Positions 9,320-18,647 of a stretch of DNA of 64,000 bases are shown here, one piece after another. Position 1 is the first letter of the stretch, and each line of letters begins with the position of its first letter. The DNA comes from an uncultured bacterium. GTDB lineage: Bacteria > Babelota > Babeliae > Babelales > Vermiphilaceae. The notes under the pieces were generated by a model that was not told where the DNA came from, did not search any database, and worked only from the letters and a program-made list of their open reading frames with translations. The DNA lies in NCBI GenBank assembly GCA_963702025.1, contig OY969699.1, forward strand, positions 1,440,001 through 1,504,000. Reading direction: 5' to 3'. Made by a program: the position numbers and the translations under genes.

Positions 9320-10312
9320 TTATTGCAAACTTTTTAACATTTCTTCTAATTGTTTCTGTAAATCAGCGGGAAGTTTTTTCTTCGCTTGTTCAAGCGTGAT
9401 TTGACCGCTTTTAATTTGCTGTGCAACTGCTTTCAATGATTGCTGGCGCAACGAGGGAGCTTGCACATACTTTGCTAGTAATTCGATTATTGGTTGATAT
9501 TTTTCAGATTCAGTAGGGTGCGCTTTTATTATTTCTTCTAAACTTTCTATTAATGTTTTGTCTGAAAGAAGACCTATTTTTGGATTAGGGTTAGCGCCCG
9601 CCTCAAGCAGCATTTTAATAATTGGATAATTTTTTGCCTCTACTGCTTTTTCTAAAATAGTATAATACCTTCCGTGTGAACTATATGCATACGTATTAAG
9701 ATCTGCCCCGGCTTCTAGCAGCTTTTTGAATAGCACTGGATCATTATTTTCTAAAGCTGCATTAAGAGGGCTCGAAGAACCATACCGTTCTGAAATCATA
9801 TAACTAGGATTAGGAGTAAAGCCTATATCAAGAAACAACATAAGCATCTCTCGAGATCCGGGATTTCGAAGATCCTGTATGAATGACTTAAAAATTTGTT
9901 CGAGATCAATAGATAGTTTTGGATGTGATTTAAACCACTGTTGTGCTTGCGCGGTAGAAAACCATCGTTTTGCACCCGGAGTTTTTAACGCAAGTGCTAC
10001 TGTAATACGATCTCCATTAGTCCATTTAGTAGCAAGATCGGTAATAAGGTTATTAGTAATACTTGCATCATTAATCAGCTGATTGAATTGTTTGTCAACA
10101 AGTGTTAATGCTCTGATTGTTTGAATTGCAGTTCCTAATGAATCAGAATTTGTTATGTCATTAGTAATTTGAGCTTGTAACTCTGTAGGCAATCCCGATA
10201 AAGATAATAGTGATGGTTCAATAGTGCGTGGTTTCTCCATAGAAAAAATAGATGCATTTTTGGTAAGAGATAGTATAACGAGAAGCATTATGGTGTATTT
10301 GACGGCATTCAT
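9320..10312 (-). CDS. Secreted F-box-like / ankyrin-repeat protein with C-terminal SOCS-box-like tail
   Basis: Signal ...IFS-MEKP; LSGLPTELQAQI; ankyrin SPLNAAL..LLEAGADLN and LLEAGANPN; PSLRQQSLKAV...LPADLQKQL. Confidence 0.75.
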   Translation of the reverse strand: MNAVKYTIMLLVILSLTKNASIFSMEKPRTIEPSLLSLSGLPTELQAQITNDITNSDSLGTAIQTIRALTLVDKQFNQLINDASITNNLITDLATKWTNGDRITVALALKTPGAKRWFSTAQAQQWFKSHPKLSIDLEQIFKSFIQDLRNPGSREMLMLFLDIGFTPNPSYMISERYGSSSPLNAALENNDPVLFKKLLEAGADLNTYAYSSHGRYYTILEKAVEAKNYPIIKMLLEAGANPNPKIGLLSDKTLIESLEEIIKAHPTESEKYQPIIELLAKYVQAPSLRQQSLKAVAQQIKSGQITLEQAKKKLPADLQKQLEEMLKSLQ

Positions 10313-10536
10313 TTTTATCCCCAAAGAACATTGTTCTGTATAAAATTTACCATTAATTATTTCTATTTGAATTATATCATATGACTGATCCTGCTTACAA
10401 GAAAAAAGCAAAAAAACCAGCAGGCATGCTTAAAAGGCTTATAATAAAGGCATTTTTAACCTTGATATCCCCTAAAAACCTGCTATTCTTTGCATATGCT
10501 TTTCGATCGTTTTACCCCCCAATTTGAGCAGTTCTC

Positions 10537-11004
10537 ATGAGTACTATTGCCATCCGCCCCTTTAAATCTTTAGATTTGCCTGCAGTAATACAGCTCTTTA
10601 AAGAAGCAGTTGCTGCCATCAATATCCAGCATTATTCGCCTGAACAAATAGCCGTTTGGACGGACATCGACAGCGAACGCTGGCTAAAAAAGTTAGAACA
10701 GAACATTGCATTTGTTGCTGAAATGGATTCAACAATTGTCGGATTTGCCGATATATCCCATGAAGGCTATCTTGACCGCATGTATGTGCATAAAGATTAT
10801 CAAGCGAGATGGGTATCCCTGCATCTTTTTAAAGCTATAGAAAAAGCAGCGCGAGAGCTTGGCCTTACCAAAATTACTACTGATTGCAGCATCACCGCCA
10901 AAGTGCCTGCCGAACGTATGGGCTTTAAAGTGGTAAAGGAGCAGATCGTGGAGAAAAATGGGGTGCAATTTACCAACTATCATATGGAAAAGAAATTAGT
11001 TTAA
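10537..11004 (+). CDS. GNAT family N-acetyltransferase (YafP-like)
   Basis: YSPEQIAVW, GYLDRMYVHKDYQ and SITAK motifs. Confidence 0.9.
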   Translation: MSTIAIRPFKSLDLPAVIQLFKEAVAAINIQHYSPEQIAVWTDIDSERWLKKLEQNIAFVAEMDSTIVGFADISHEGYLDRMYVHKDYQARWVSLHLFKAIEKAARELGLTKITTDCSITAKVPAERMGFKVVKEQIVEKNGVQFTNYHMEKKLV

Positions 11005-11030
11005 GGCATAGATTTTAAAGAGGAATCACC

Positions 11031-11579
11031 ATGAAAAAATTGTTAATTGCTTCAATTATTGGATTATTACCGGCAGTAATTTCTGCATCTGAAAGAAAAA
11101 TTAATTGCGATGACTTTGCAAAACATATTGAAAATGAGCTTAAGAAGAAAGAACATGGTATGAATGGTTTTTATGGTGCGTATTATTACCAGAAAACAAA
11201 TTTTTTCGGCATGCCTGTTGGCAAGCCTGAGCTTTGCACTTCTTATTTCATTAATGGCACATGTGAGGTAACGTATAAAAAAAGAAATTGTAAAGCAGCA
11301 GGTGAAGAGGGTGATTCTTATGCAATAATACTTTTGCCTGGCAGAATTGCGCTCTTTAAGCAATATCATAATGCTCTTAAGCAATGCGCAGAAACCTCTG
11401 AAGACTCCTGCCCATTAGCAGCGCAAACCATGCGTAAACTTGAAGAAAAAATGGATATGTGTTCGCAATGCATTGATTTATACAATCAAGGCAAGGCTGA
11501 AGCATCAAAAAAAGATAAAGAAGAAAAAGTAAGAAAAGATGCTTTTGATAAATTAATTAATGATACCAATAAAAAATAG
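11031..11579 (+). CDS. Secreted Cys-rich hypothetical protein
   Basis: GAGGA RBS; signal peptide MKKLLIASIIGLLPAVISA. Confidence 0.7.
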   Translation: MKKLLIASIIGLLPAVISASERKINCDDFAKHIENELKKKEHGMNGFYGAYYYQKTNFFGMPVGKPELCTSYFINGTCEVTYKKRNCKAAGEEGDSYAIILLPGRIALFKQYHNALKQCAETSEDSCPLAAQTMRKLEEKMDMCSQCIDLYNQGKAEASKKDKEEKVRKDAFDKLINDTNKK

Positions 11580-11822
11580 AGACCCGCTTTCATAGGGAAA
11601 TCTCGAAACCTCGCTTGATTTTTGCCCTGACTGGCTTTATCATTACAATAATGTTCACTTTTATGAGAAGGCACTGTGCCATGAAAACCGTCACTGTTCG
11701 AGCATAACTTGCTCACCAATCTTTATCGTTAATTATCCTGTTTGTTTCTATTAAAAAAACCAAACACGGCTACCAATTTTCTAATTTATCTTTTCTATTA
11801 TTTTTGTTTGTGGAGTCATACC

Positions 11823-12572
11823 ATGACCAATGTTTTGCTGCAGATTCAAAACATTACTAAAACGTATAAAGTTACCAATAAAACAATTAATGCCCTTAAA
11901 GGAGTTTCACTTGATATTTATAATGGCGAAGTTCTTGGCTTGCTCGGCGTAAACGGCGCCGGTAAATCCACCCTTTCATCTATTATTGCAACACTGCATC
12001 CGGCAACAAGCGGCGATATTTTATATAAAAACAGCTCTATCTATAATGATCTACCCAGTTTTCGTATGCGCTTAGGCTATTGTCCGCAAAAGCCTAATCT
12101 AAATCCGAATCTTACACTCGAGCAAAACTTACTGTTTGCCGGAAGATTGTATGGAATGAATGATGATCAGATTGCAGATCGCATTATTGTACTTGCAAAG
12201 CGATTTGGACTAGAAAGCTATCTAGGTCAAAAAGCTGAGGTTCTTTCCGGCGGCTATAAACAACGCTTTATGATCGCCCGCAGTCTCATTCATAACCCGG
12301 AATTTATTATTCTTGATGAGCCAACGGTGGGCCTTGATCCGCATATCAGGCGCAGTTTATGGGATGTGATTAGAGAGCTTAAAAAAGATGGCATCACCGT
12401 CTTGCTTACCACCCACTATCTTGATGAGGCTGAAAAACTCTCTGATCGTGTGGTGATCCTCGATCAAGGACTTATTAAACTCATCGATACCCCTGATAAA
12501 TTGATGGCCGATTTTAAACAGAAGAATCTTGAAGACGTTTTCCTAGAACTAATGAATACCAATAAAGAATAA
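11823..12572 (+). CDS. ABC-2 (drug export type) transporter ATP-binding protein
   Basis: GVNGAGKST, LSGG and ILDEPTVGLDP; GGAG RBS before ATG 11823. Confidence 0.95.
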   Translation: MTNVLLQIQNITKTYKVTNKTINALKGVSLDIYNGEVLGLLGVNGAGKSTLSSIIATLHPATSGDILYKNSSIYNDLPSFRMRLGYCPQKPNLNPNLTLEQNLLFAGRLYGMNDDQIADRIIVLAKRFGLESYLGQKAEVLSGGYKQRFMIARSLIHNPEFIILDEPTVGLDPHIRRSLWDVIRELKKDGITVLLTTHYLDEAEKLSDRVVILDQGLIKLIDTPDKLMADFKQKNLEDVFLELMNTNKE

Positions 12573-12583
12573 AGAGTATTATT

Positions 12584-13372
12584 ATGCAAAAAGTTTCATA
12601 TTTTACCGTATGCAAAAATCTGATCAAAGCTGATTTGATCAGATTTAAGCAAATGTTTTTAGATAAATTTATCGATCTTTCTATTTGGGTTGTACTCACC
12701 ACGATTGTTACTGCTTACATAATGCCCTATTTTGGACTTACCGTTGATTTTGGTGTGTTCCAATTAGGCGGCCTTATTGCGGCAACAGGACTTCTTGAAA
12801 TGGGCAATAGCAATACGGTTGAATTAGTTTCCGATTTTGAAGGGGATCGTGTGATTAGTTTTAATCTCACACTTCCTATTCCTTCATGGCTGGCGCTCGT
12901 AAGCAAAGCGGGATATTATTTTATTATTTATACCATTTTATCTCTGCTCATGCTTCCGATTGGCAAATTATGCTTGTGGAATCAATTCGATCTAGCCAGC
13001 GTACACTATCCTAAATTTATTTTGGCAATTTTTGCCCTAAACCTGTTCTACGCTAGTTTTGCATTATGGATGGCAAGTATCGTGCCTAATATAAATAAAA
13101 TGGGCCAAGTATGGATGCGTTTCATTTTCCCGTTATGGTTTTTGGGCGGTTTTCAATTTTCTTGGATGGCAAGCTATAAAACTATTCCTTCATTTGCGAT
13201 GGTAAATTTGATCAATCCGATGATCTATACTACTGAAGCCGTGCGGGTAGCATTATTAGGGCAAAAAGGCTTTATCAACTTTTGGCTTTGTATATTGGCC
13301 ATCTTATTTTTTGCCAGCATATCACTCTATTTAGGAATCACCAATCTGAGAAAAAGGCTTGATTTTATTTAA
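12584..13372 (+). CDS. ABC-2 transporter permease
   Basis: About 6 TM segments; NPMIYTTEAVR motif; follows the ATPase. Confidence 0.9.
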   Translation: MQKVSYFTVCKNLIKADLIRFKQMFLDKFIDLSIWVVLTTIVTAYIMPYFGLTVDFGVFQLGGLIAATGLLEMGNSNTVELVSDFEGDRVISFNLTLPIPSWLALVSKAGYYFIIYTILSLLMLPIGKLCLWNQFDLASVHYPKFILAIFALNLFYASFALWMASIVPNINKMGQVWMRFIFPLWFLGGFQFSWMASYKTIPSFAMVNLINPMIYTTEAVRVALLGQKGFINFWLCILAILFFASISLYLGITNLRKRLDFI

Positions 13373-13486
13373 AAATACCATTTACAGGGAAAGTTTATGC
13401 AAATCACTACATAAACCTTATGCAAATCCATACATCGATGATAGAATTTTCATAAAACTATACGGATCAAAAAGTAAGGTAACTTT

Positions 13487-14299
13487 ATGAAATTGCCACC
13501 TCATCAAAGTGCAAAACCATCGCATTATAATAAAGAAGCTGAAAGCTATGATGCTTTTAATGAGGCTCGATCTGTATTGATTAATTCGACTCTCGAAAAG
13601 ATACTTAAAAAATATAATGTTAACACCGTTCTTGATCTCACGTGTGGCACCGGCTCTCAAGTTTTCTGGCTTATCAAATGCGGCTTTGGCGTAGTTGGCT
13701 CTGATATTAATGCTAAAATGCTCAAGATTGCACAAGATAAAGCAAAGAAGGAGAAATTAGATCTCCAGTTTATCAAAGGCGATATGCGCACCGTGCATGT
13801 TGGCGAGTTTGATGCCGTTATTACCATATTCAATGCAATAGGGCATTTGACTAAAGCAGATTTTGAAAAAGCATTACACAATATACATCGGAATTTGAAG
13901 AATGATGGCCTTTATATTTTTGATATTGCCAACCTCAATTATTTTTTAAACGATAATCACATTTGCGATCTCACTATAGATTGGGTAACGGTTACTGATG
14001 ATACCCGATTTCGCGATATTCAATATAGCATCATCGACACCGAGGGAATTCTTACATTTTATACTACCTCAATTGTTCAAAAAAGGGCCTCGCCCGGCGT
14101 AGCTCAGGGAGCGCAGACGGGTTCTGAAAAGCCAAAGATTTCAAAAAGTGTACAAACATTGCAACTTTATTCTGCTGATCAACTTAAAGAGATACTAAGC
14201 AAGCATGGTTTTAAAGTTCTCAATCAATGCGGAATCGATGGATCAAAATTTATTGAAGATAGAACTGATCGTATTCTTACCGTTGCTCAGAAACAGTAA
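13487..14299 (+). CDS. Class I SAM-dependent methyltransferase
   Basis: VLDLTCGTG, GSDIN, GDMR and FDAVI motifs. Confidence 0.92.
   Translation: MKLPPHQSAKPSHYNKEAESYDAFNEARSVLINSTLEKILKKYNVNTVLDLTCGTGSQVFWLIKCGFGVVGSDINAKMLKIAQDKAKKEKLDLQFIKGDMRTVHVGEFDAVITIFNAIGHLTKADFEKALHNIHRNLKNDGLYIFDIANLNYFLNDNHICDLTIDWVTVTDDTRFRDIQYSIIDTEGILTFYTTSIVQKRASPGVAQGAQTGSEKPKISKSVQTLQLYSADQLKEILSKHGFKVLNQCGIDGSKFIEDRTDRILTVAQKQ
14085..14121. repeat. Short GC-rich palindromic element inserted in frame in the methyltransferase
   Basis: gggcctcgcccggcgtagctcagggagcgcagacggg in AT-rich context; cccg/cggg outer arms and gct/agc inner arms. Confidence 0.5.
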
Positions 14300-14310
14300 T
14301 CGGATAATTT

Positions 14311-15207
14311 CTAAACTGCAAGCGGTTTTTGTTGCGCTAATAATTTACGCGCTTTCTCTTCAGTCAACCACTCTTCATGCTCAACTAAATGCTTCAATTG
14401 CAACGTTGCAACTTCTTTATCAAGCTCTCCGGGTACCAACTGGGCGCCATTATATTGATAACCATGAAATGGAATTCCCCGTTTACGCATTTCATCGGCA
14501 ACCGATTCTACCCGCTCCATACTATCATCAAAGAAAATTACTTGATCAGGCTTCCAGCCTACACGATCAAGAAATGCGCCAAGCACTTGTCCTTTTGATG
14601 CTTGAATGGTGCATAATATGCCATGATAAAGCATAGGGAAATGATCTTCCTCCTGTGGTAACTCATCAAAAATCATATCAGGAAAATCTGCTTTGCTAAA
14701 ATCGATACCAAGCTCTTTAAGTTTATTAAACCGCCATTCCGGCACTGAAGGAATAGTAAAATATGCACCGGTCCACATAGCAGTCAATGCAAGTACTTTA
14801 ACCCCGCGATTTTGCAAGGCCGCAATAGTTTGAACAATGGCAGGCTCAATAAGAAGCGGAACCTCTTGACTTTGCAAAATGCTCAAATAGTAGTCACCTG
14901 AATATTTTGCATTCGCAAAAGCACTGGAAAATAATTCTCCTATCCAAGAACAATCATCTTGATTTTTGATATTAGAACGGAATACTATGCTAGAAGGCTC
15001 AATTAACGTGTCATCTACATCAAAAAGTACCAGTGCATTTTTATTCGCTGCCTTTAGCACATCGGCCGCTTGAGCAAAAGAATCAATCTGCTGAATAGTA
15101 TTAGTTGCAACGTGCGGCTTGTGTATGCAAAAGAGCATTATTGCAAGTAAACCGGCACCAAAAGCGCATAGTAAAATTGATATTTTATTTATCTTCATTG
15201 TTCTCAT
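14311..15207 (-). CDS. DUF2608 family HAD-like protein
   Basis: LFDVDDTL, ALTA, KG and FFDD HAD motifs; N-terminal anchor. Confidence 0.8.
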   Translation of the reverse strand: MRTMKINKISILLCAFGAGLLAIMLFCIHKPHVATNTIQQIDSFAQAADVLKAANKNALVLFDVDDTLIEPSSIVFRSNIKNQDDCSWIGELFSSAFANAKYSGDYYLSILQSQEVPLLIEPAIVQTIAALQNRGVKVLALTAMWTGAYFTIPSVPEWRFNKLKELGIDFSKADFPDMIFDELPQEEDHFPMLYHGILCTIQASKGQVLGAFLDRVGWKPDQVIFFDDSMERVESVADEMRKRGIPFHGYQYNGAQLVPGELDKEVATLQLKHLVEHEEWLTEEKARKLLAQQKPLAV

Positions 15208-15327
15208 CTCGCATAGAAAAGGCCGTGCAATGGAGGAACATAAATCTTGCTAAGCAATGTTAGCATATTTTATTAAGATTATGGTAATATTTAACAAAAT
15301 AGTTACTAGTTATAATAACGAGGCTTT

Positions 15328-15648
15328 ATGATGCATCAAAAAGAACTTGAAGAAGCAAAGAAACGCCTGATTGAAACCTATCGCCCCCTTGAAATTTACC
15401 TATTTGGATCCTACGCCTGGGGCACACCTGATGAAGAAAGCGATCTTGACCTCTTGATAGTCATTGATTCATATGACAAAAGTCGACATCAAATGCGCGT
15501 TGAAGGCTACAAAGCCCTTATAAATATAAAAATACCAAAAGAAATTTTACTCTATTCTAAACAAGAGTTCGAAACTTATTCCAAAGATGTCACTCGTCTA
15601 TGCCATAAAGTCAAACTCAAAGGTAAACGAATTTATGCAAAAGCATGA
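15328..15648 (+). CDS. Minimal nucleotidyltransferase (MNT) antitoxin
   Basis: LFGSYAWG...SDLDLL. Confidence 0.92.
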   Translation: MMHQKELEEAKKRLIETYRPLEIYLFGSYAWGTPDEESDLDLLIVIDSYDKSRHQMRVEGYKALINIKIPKEILLYSKQEFETYSKDVTRLCHKVKLKGKRIYAKA

Positions 15649-16000
15649 AGAATGGTTATTTATTGCCGAAGATGATCTACGGGGAGCCAAAAAACTAATT
15701 GCGGGCGATGATCCCGTTATTTCACCGGCCATTTTTCACACACAGCAATGCGCGGAGAAAGCACTTAAAGCTTATTTGGCATATAAGAAGCAGCCCCCTA
15801 AAAGAGTGCATGACTTAGTTATGCTTTTAGTAAATTGCATGGAATTTGATAAATCTTTTGAGACCTTATCTGATGATGCACTCGAATTAAATCCTTACCT
15901 ATCGGAAAGCAGATACCCAGATGATGCCTTTGTAATACCGGATTTAACAACGGTAAAAAATGCAATTAAAATCGAGCTGACAAAATACTCACTTTCGTAA
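15635..16000 (+). CDS. HEPN domain protein (MNT partner), possibly 3'-truncated
   Basis: FHTQQCAEKALKAYL, RVHDL and SRYPD; overlaps the MNT stop. Confidence 0.88.
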   Translation: MQKHEEWLFIAEDDLRGAKKLIAGDDPVISPAIFHTQQCAEKALKAYLAYKKQPPKRVHDLVMLLVNCMEFDKSFETLSDDALELNPYLSESRYPDDAFVIPDLTTVKNAIKIELTKYSLS

Positions 16001-16030
16001 GAAGCAAAATAAAATAACAGCTTACTTGCA

Positions 16031-17038
16031 ATGAGTGCAATGCAAATCAATGCCGGCATTCAAAATGGTGTTTTACAACCTGATCATATTCGCATTGAAA
16101 ATGATACCGGCACTACCATAACAGTTCAATTAGGCGACGCAATTGCTGTCGATAAACCATCTGAGCGCATCGATAATCCGCTTCTTTATGGAAGCATTCG
16201 AAAATCTGATATTAACTGTGAGGATAATTCACTCAATTTGGTGAGCGATGCGATTAAATCTGGAGAAACTTTGGTAATAGATACCTGCCAAGATGACATA
16301 GCTCGTTACAATCAAGAAAAAGGATTGAATGAAACTAAGGATTTCATAGTTGTTTACAATGAAGCAGCCAAACCGATTGGTGCCATTCTTTATCCGTTGC
16401 AAAAATATGGCAAATCGGTCAACAATAACTCGGTAATCTGGAGCATTAAAGCATCTGATCTCATTCAAAAAAGAGTGATTAATCCCTATCCTGAATTAAA
16501 TCATAAAGGTCTTTTAGAGCGCGTGTATGCAACCTTACGCGCATCATTAAAATCAACCCCTTCTTTAACTATTCCTCGTGTTCAAGTTACCAATGATACC
16601 AAAAAAGAACTTGAAATTGAGGATGCAACAAACTATCGCGTACAGATTAATGGCAACTGGATAACTGCCGGTTACCAAACAACCAAATCGTATGCTGCAA
16701 ACCCGGGCGCAACCGTCAGTATTGATACCCCTCAGCAATCTGTTCAAGATTTCGTGAAAGATGCTACGGATACCAAAAAAAGAGCCCTTCGCATTTATAA
16801 TTTTGAATCCGGACGCAACTTAGTAGGCACCATGGAATATTATCCTTCCACTAATTCAGTGAAAACGGTAGATGGCATAACCTATATCGTATCGAAGCCG
16901 TTGAATGTAAACGCATCTGATATCATTAAGAAACAGGCTATCGCCGATAAAAAAGCTGAAAAAGAACACTTGGAAAGGGTATTAGCCGAAGTAAAGCAAG
17001 AGCTTAAAGAAGCGCGGCAAATGAGAGCGCGATTATAA
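16031..17038 (+). CDS. Hypothetical protein with two internal repeat domains; signal peptide appears truncated
   Basis: RIENDT...IDT...YN...ASDLIQK repeated as QVTNDT...IDT...YN...ASDIIKK. Confidence 0.65.
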   Translation: MSAMQINAGIQNGVLQPDHIRIENDTGTTITVQLGDAIAVDKPSERIDNPLLYGSIRKSDINCEDNSLNLVSDAIKSGETLVIDTCQDDIARYNQEKGLNETKDFIVVYNEAAKPIGAILYPLQKYGKSVNNNSVIWSIKASDLIQKRVINPYPELNHKGLLERVYATLRASLKSTPSLTIPRVQVTNDTKKELEIEDATNYRVQINGNWITAGYQTTKSYAANPGATVSIDTPQQSVQDFVKDATDTKKRALRIYNFESGRNLVGTMEYYPSTNSVKTVDGITYIVSKPLNVNASDIIKKQAIADKKAEKEHLERVLAEVKQELKEARQMRARL

Positions 17039-17052
17039 CAGTAACTATAGCC

Positions 17053-17076
17053 GGGGCTGCGAATTAAAGCAGCCCC
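17053..17076 (+). terminator. Hairpin, probable terminator
   Basis: ggggctgc-N8-gcagcccc after the stop at 17038. Confidence 0.55.
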
Positions 17077-17083
17077 TATATAA

Positions 17084-17896
17084 ATGGAGAAAACTATGTT
17101 AAAAATAAAGAATTATTCAATGTATCTTTTATTAGTAACTGCACTCGCATTCAGCTCTCTTGCCAGCGGCATGGATGCTGATCACACACAACGTAATGCA
17201 ATTACCAGAATTAATGCGATTACCAATCATTTAACACCACAAGCACCTACCAGCGGCACATTACATCATGGCATTACCGAAAGTGGTATCGAATATGTCT
17301 TTTATAAGGTTGCTACTAAAAAAGAAAATCAGCACGCAAGCCCAACCGTGCAAAAACAGACTGGTTTGAGTATTGAGGATTTTAATACAGAAAACGATTA
17401 TAAAAAAGCAAAGCAATTATTGAAAGATAATTGGGATGATTTAATTGGTTATGATGAACCGTGTACTGAAGATTCTTGCCAAACAGTTGCATATTACTTG
17501 TTCAAAACACAAAGATCAGCTAATTATCGTCCTCACCCATTAATAGTTAAAACGGTGAAAAATAATGGTCAAATGATCGGCTTCATTGGCTATGTGTTAT
17601 ATGATTCTGCAAATAACGATAAAAATTACCCATCAGGTTATCTTCTCAATGCACCACTTGATGCTGGCCATATTGAAATAATGGCGGTAGATGCAGCATA
17701 TCGCAGAACAGGAGCAGGCATGCAATTAATGCAGCATGCGCTCAATGATCTTATTCAAAAAGGTGCCAAAAAAATAAATCTAGGGGTTAAAAATGATAAT
17801 AAACCCGCATGGAATTTATATCTTAAATTAGGCTTTACCATTGATAAAAAATTTGATGATAAAAATACTATGTTGGTAAAAATAATCAAGAAATAA
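17084..17896 (+). CDS. Secreted GNAT acetyltransferase (RimI-like C-terminal domain)
   Basis: Signal peptide; MAVDAAYRRTGAG and NKPAWNLYLKLGF. Confidence 0.88.
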   Translation: MEKTMLKIKNYSMYLLLVTALAFSSLASGMDADHTQRNAITRINAITNHLTPQAPTSGTLHHGITESGIEYVFYKVATKKENQHASPTVQKQTGLSIEDFNTENDYKKAKQLLKDNWDDLIGYDEPCTEDSCQTVAYYLFKTQRSANYRPHPLIVKTVKNNGQMIGFIGYVLYDSANNDKNYPSGYLLNAPLDAGHIEIMAVDAAYRRTGAGMQLMQHALNDLIQKGAKKINLGVKNDNKPAWNLYLKLGFTIDKKFDDKNTMLVKIIKK

Positions 17897-17950
17897 GCGA
17901 CGGCAACAATTACTTTATAAAATACATTATAAAAAGATACGAGAGGCTCT

Positions 17951-18407
17951 ATGTTACCAAAAATATACGCATTAATTATATCCGCATTCTGTATCAGCTC
18001 ACTTGCTGCCATGGATCCCTCAGAAAATCAACCGTGGGAAAAGAAGCTTGCCGAGCTAACCAATGGCCGCTCATCCGGGCGCAACAGTCCGCATGAAACT
18101 ACCGCAGGGACATGTTGAAGATTTTGTGAAAGATGCAACGGATAACAAAAAAAGAATCCTACGAATTTATAATTTTGAATCTGGGCGCAACTTAGTGGGC
18201 ACCATGGATTATCCTACCTCTGATCCAGTGAAAACAGTAGATGGCATAACCTATATCGTATCGAAGCCTCTCAATGTTAACGCATCTGACATAATTAAGA
18301 AACAGACTATCGCTGATAAAACTGCTGAAAAAGAAAGATTGGAAAGAATAATAGCAGACATCAAACAAGAGCTTAAAGATGCACAGAAATTGAGAGCTCG
18401 ATTATAA
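17951..18407 (+). pseudogene. Broken paralog of 16031..17038: signal-peptide ORF out of frame with duplicated 3' domain
   Basis: 17951..18118 encodes MLPKIYALIISAFCISSLAA-MDP...*; 18063..18407 in another frame closely matches the C-terminus of the 16031 protein. Confidence 0.75.
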
Positions 18408-18421
18408 TACTATATATCTAT

Positions 18422-18452
18422 AAAGGGGCCGTGGATTAAAGCGGCCCTTTTT
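18422..18452 (+). terminator. Rho-independent terminator
   Basis: gggccg...cggccc followed by a T-run; homologous to the hairpin at 17053. Confidence 0.65.
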
Positions 18453-18647
18453 CATTAGGAGCGCAGTAATTTTTGCAGAAGAAAGATGGGGGTACAAAAG
18501 TCTTTTGCCCCATGTTGCAAAACTCATCAAAGAATTCTTCATCTTTCCAGATAGCAGTCAAAGCGCATACTCTTGCCCAAATAGAAAATTAATATAAAAT
18601 ACAAAAGAATAGATATTACGAAACATTTCTTAATTAATGGACTATTT

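Noticed and set aside
13395..13430. Direct repeat ttatgcaaatc twice upstream of the methyltransferase
   Set aside because: Short and AT-rich; cannot distinguish an operator, a gene remnant or chance
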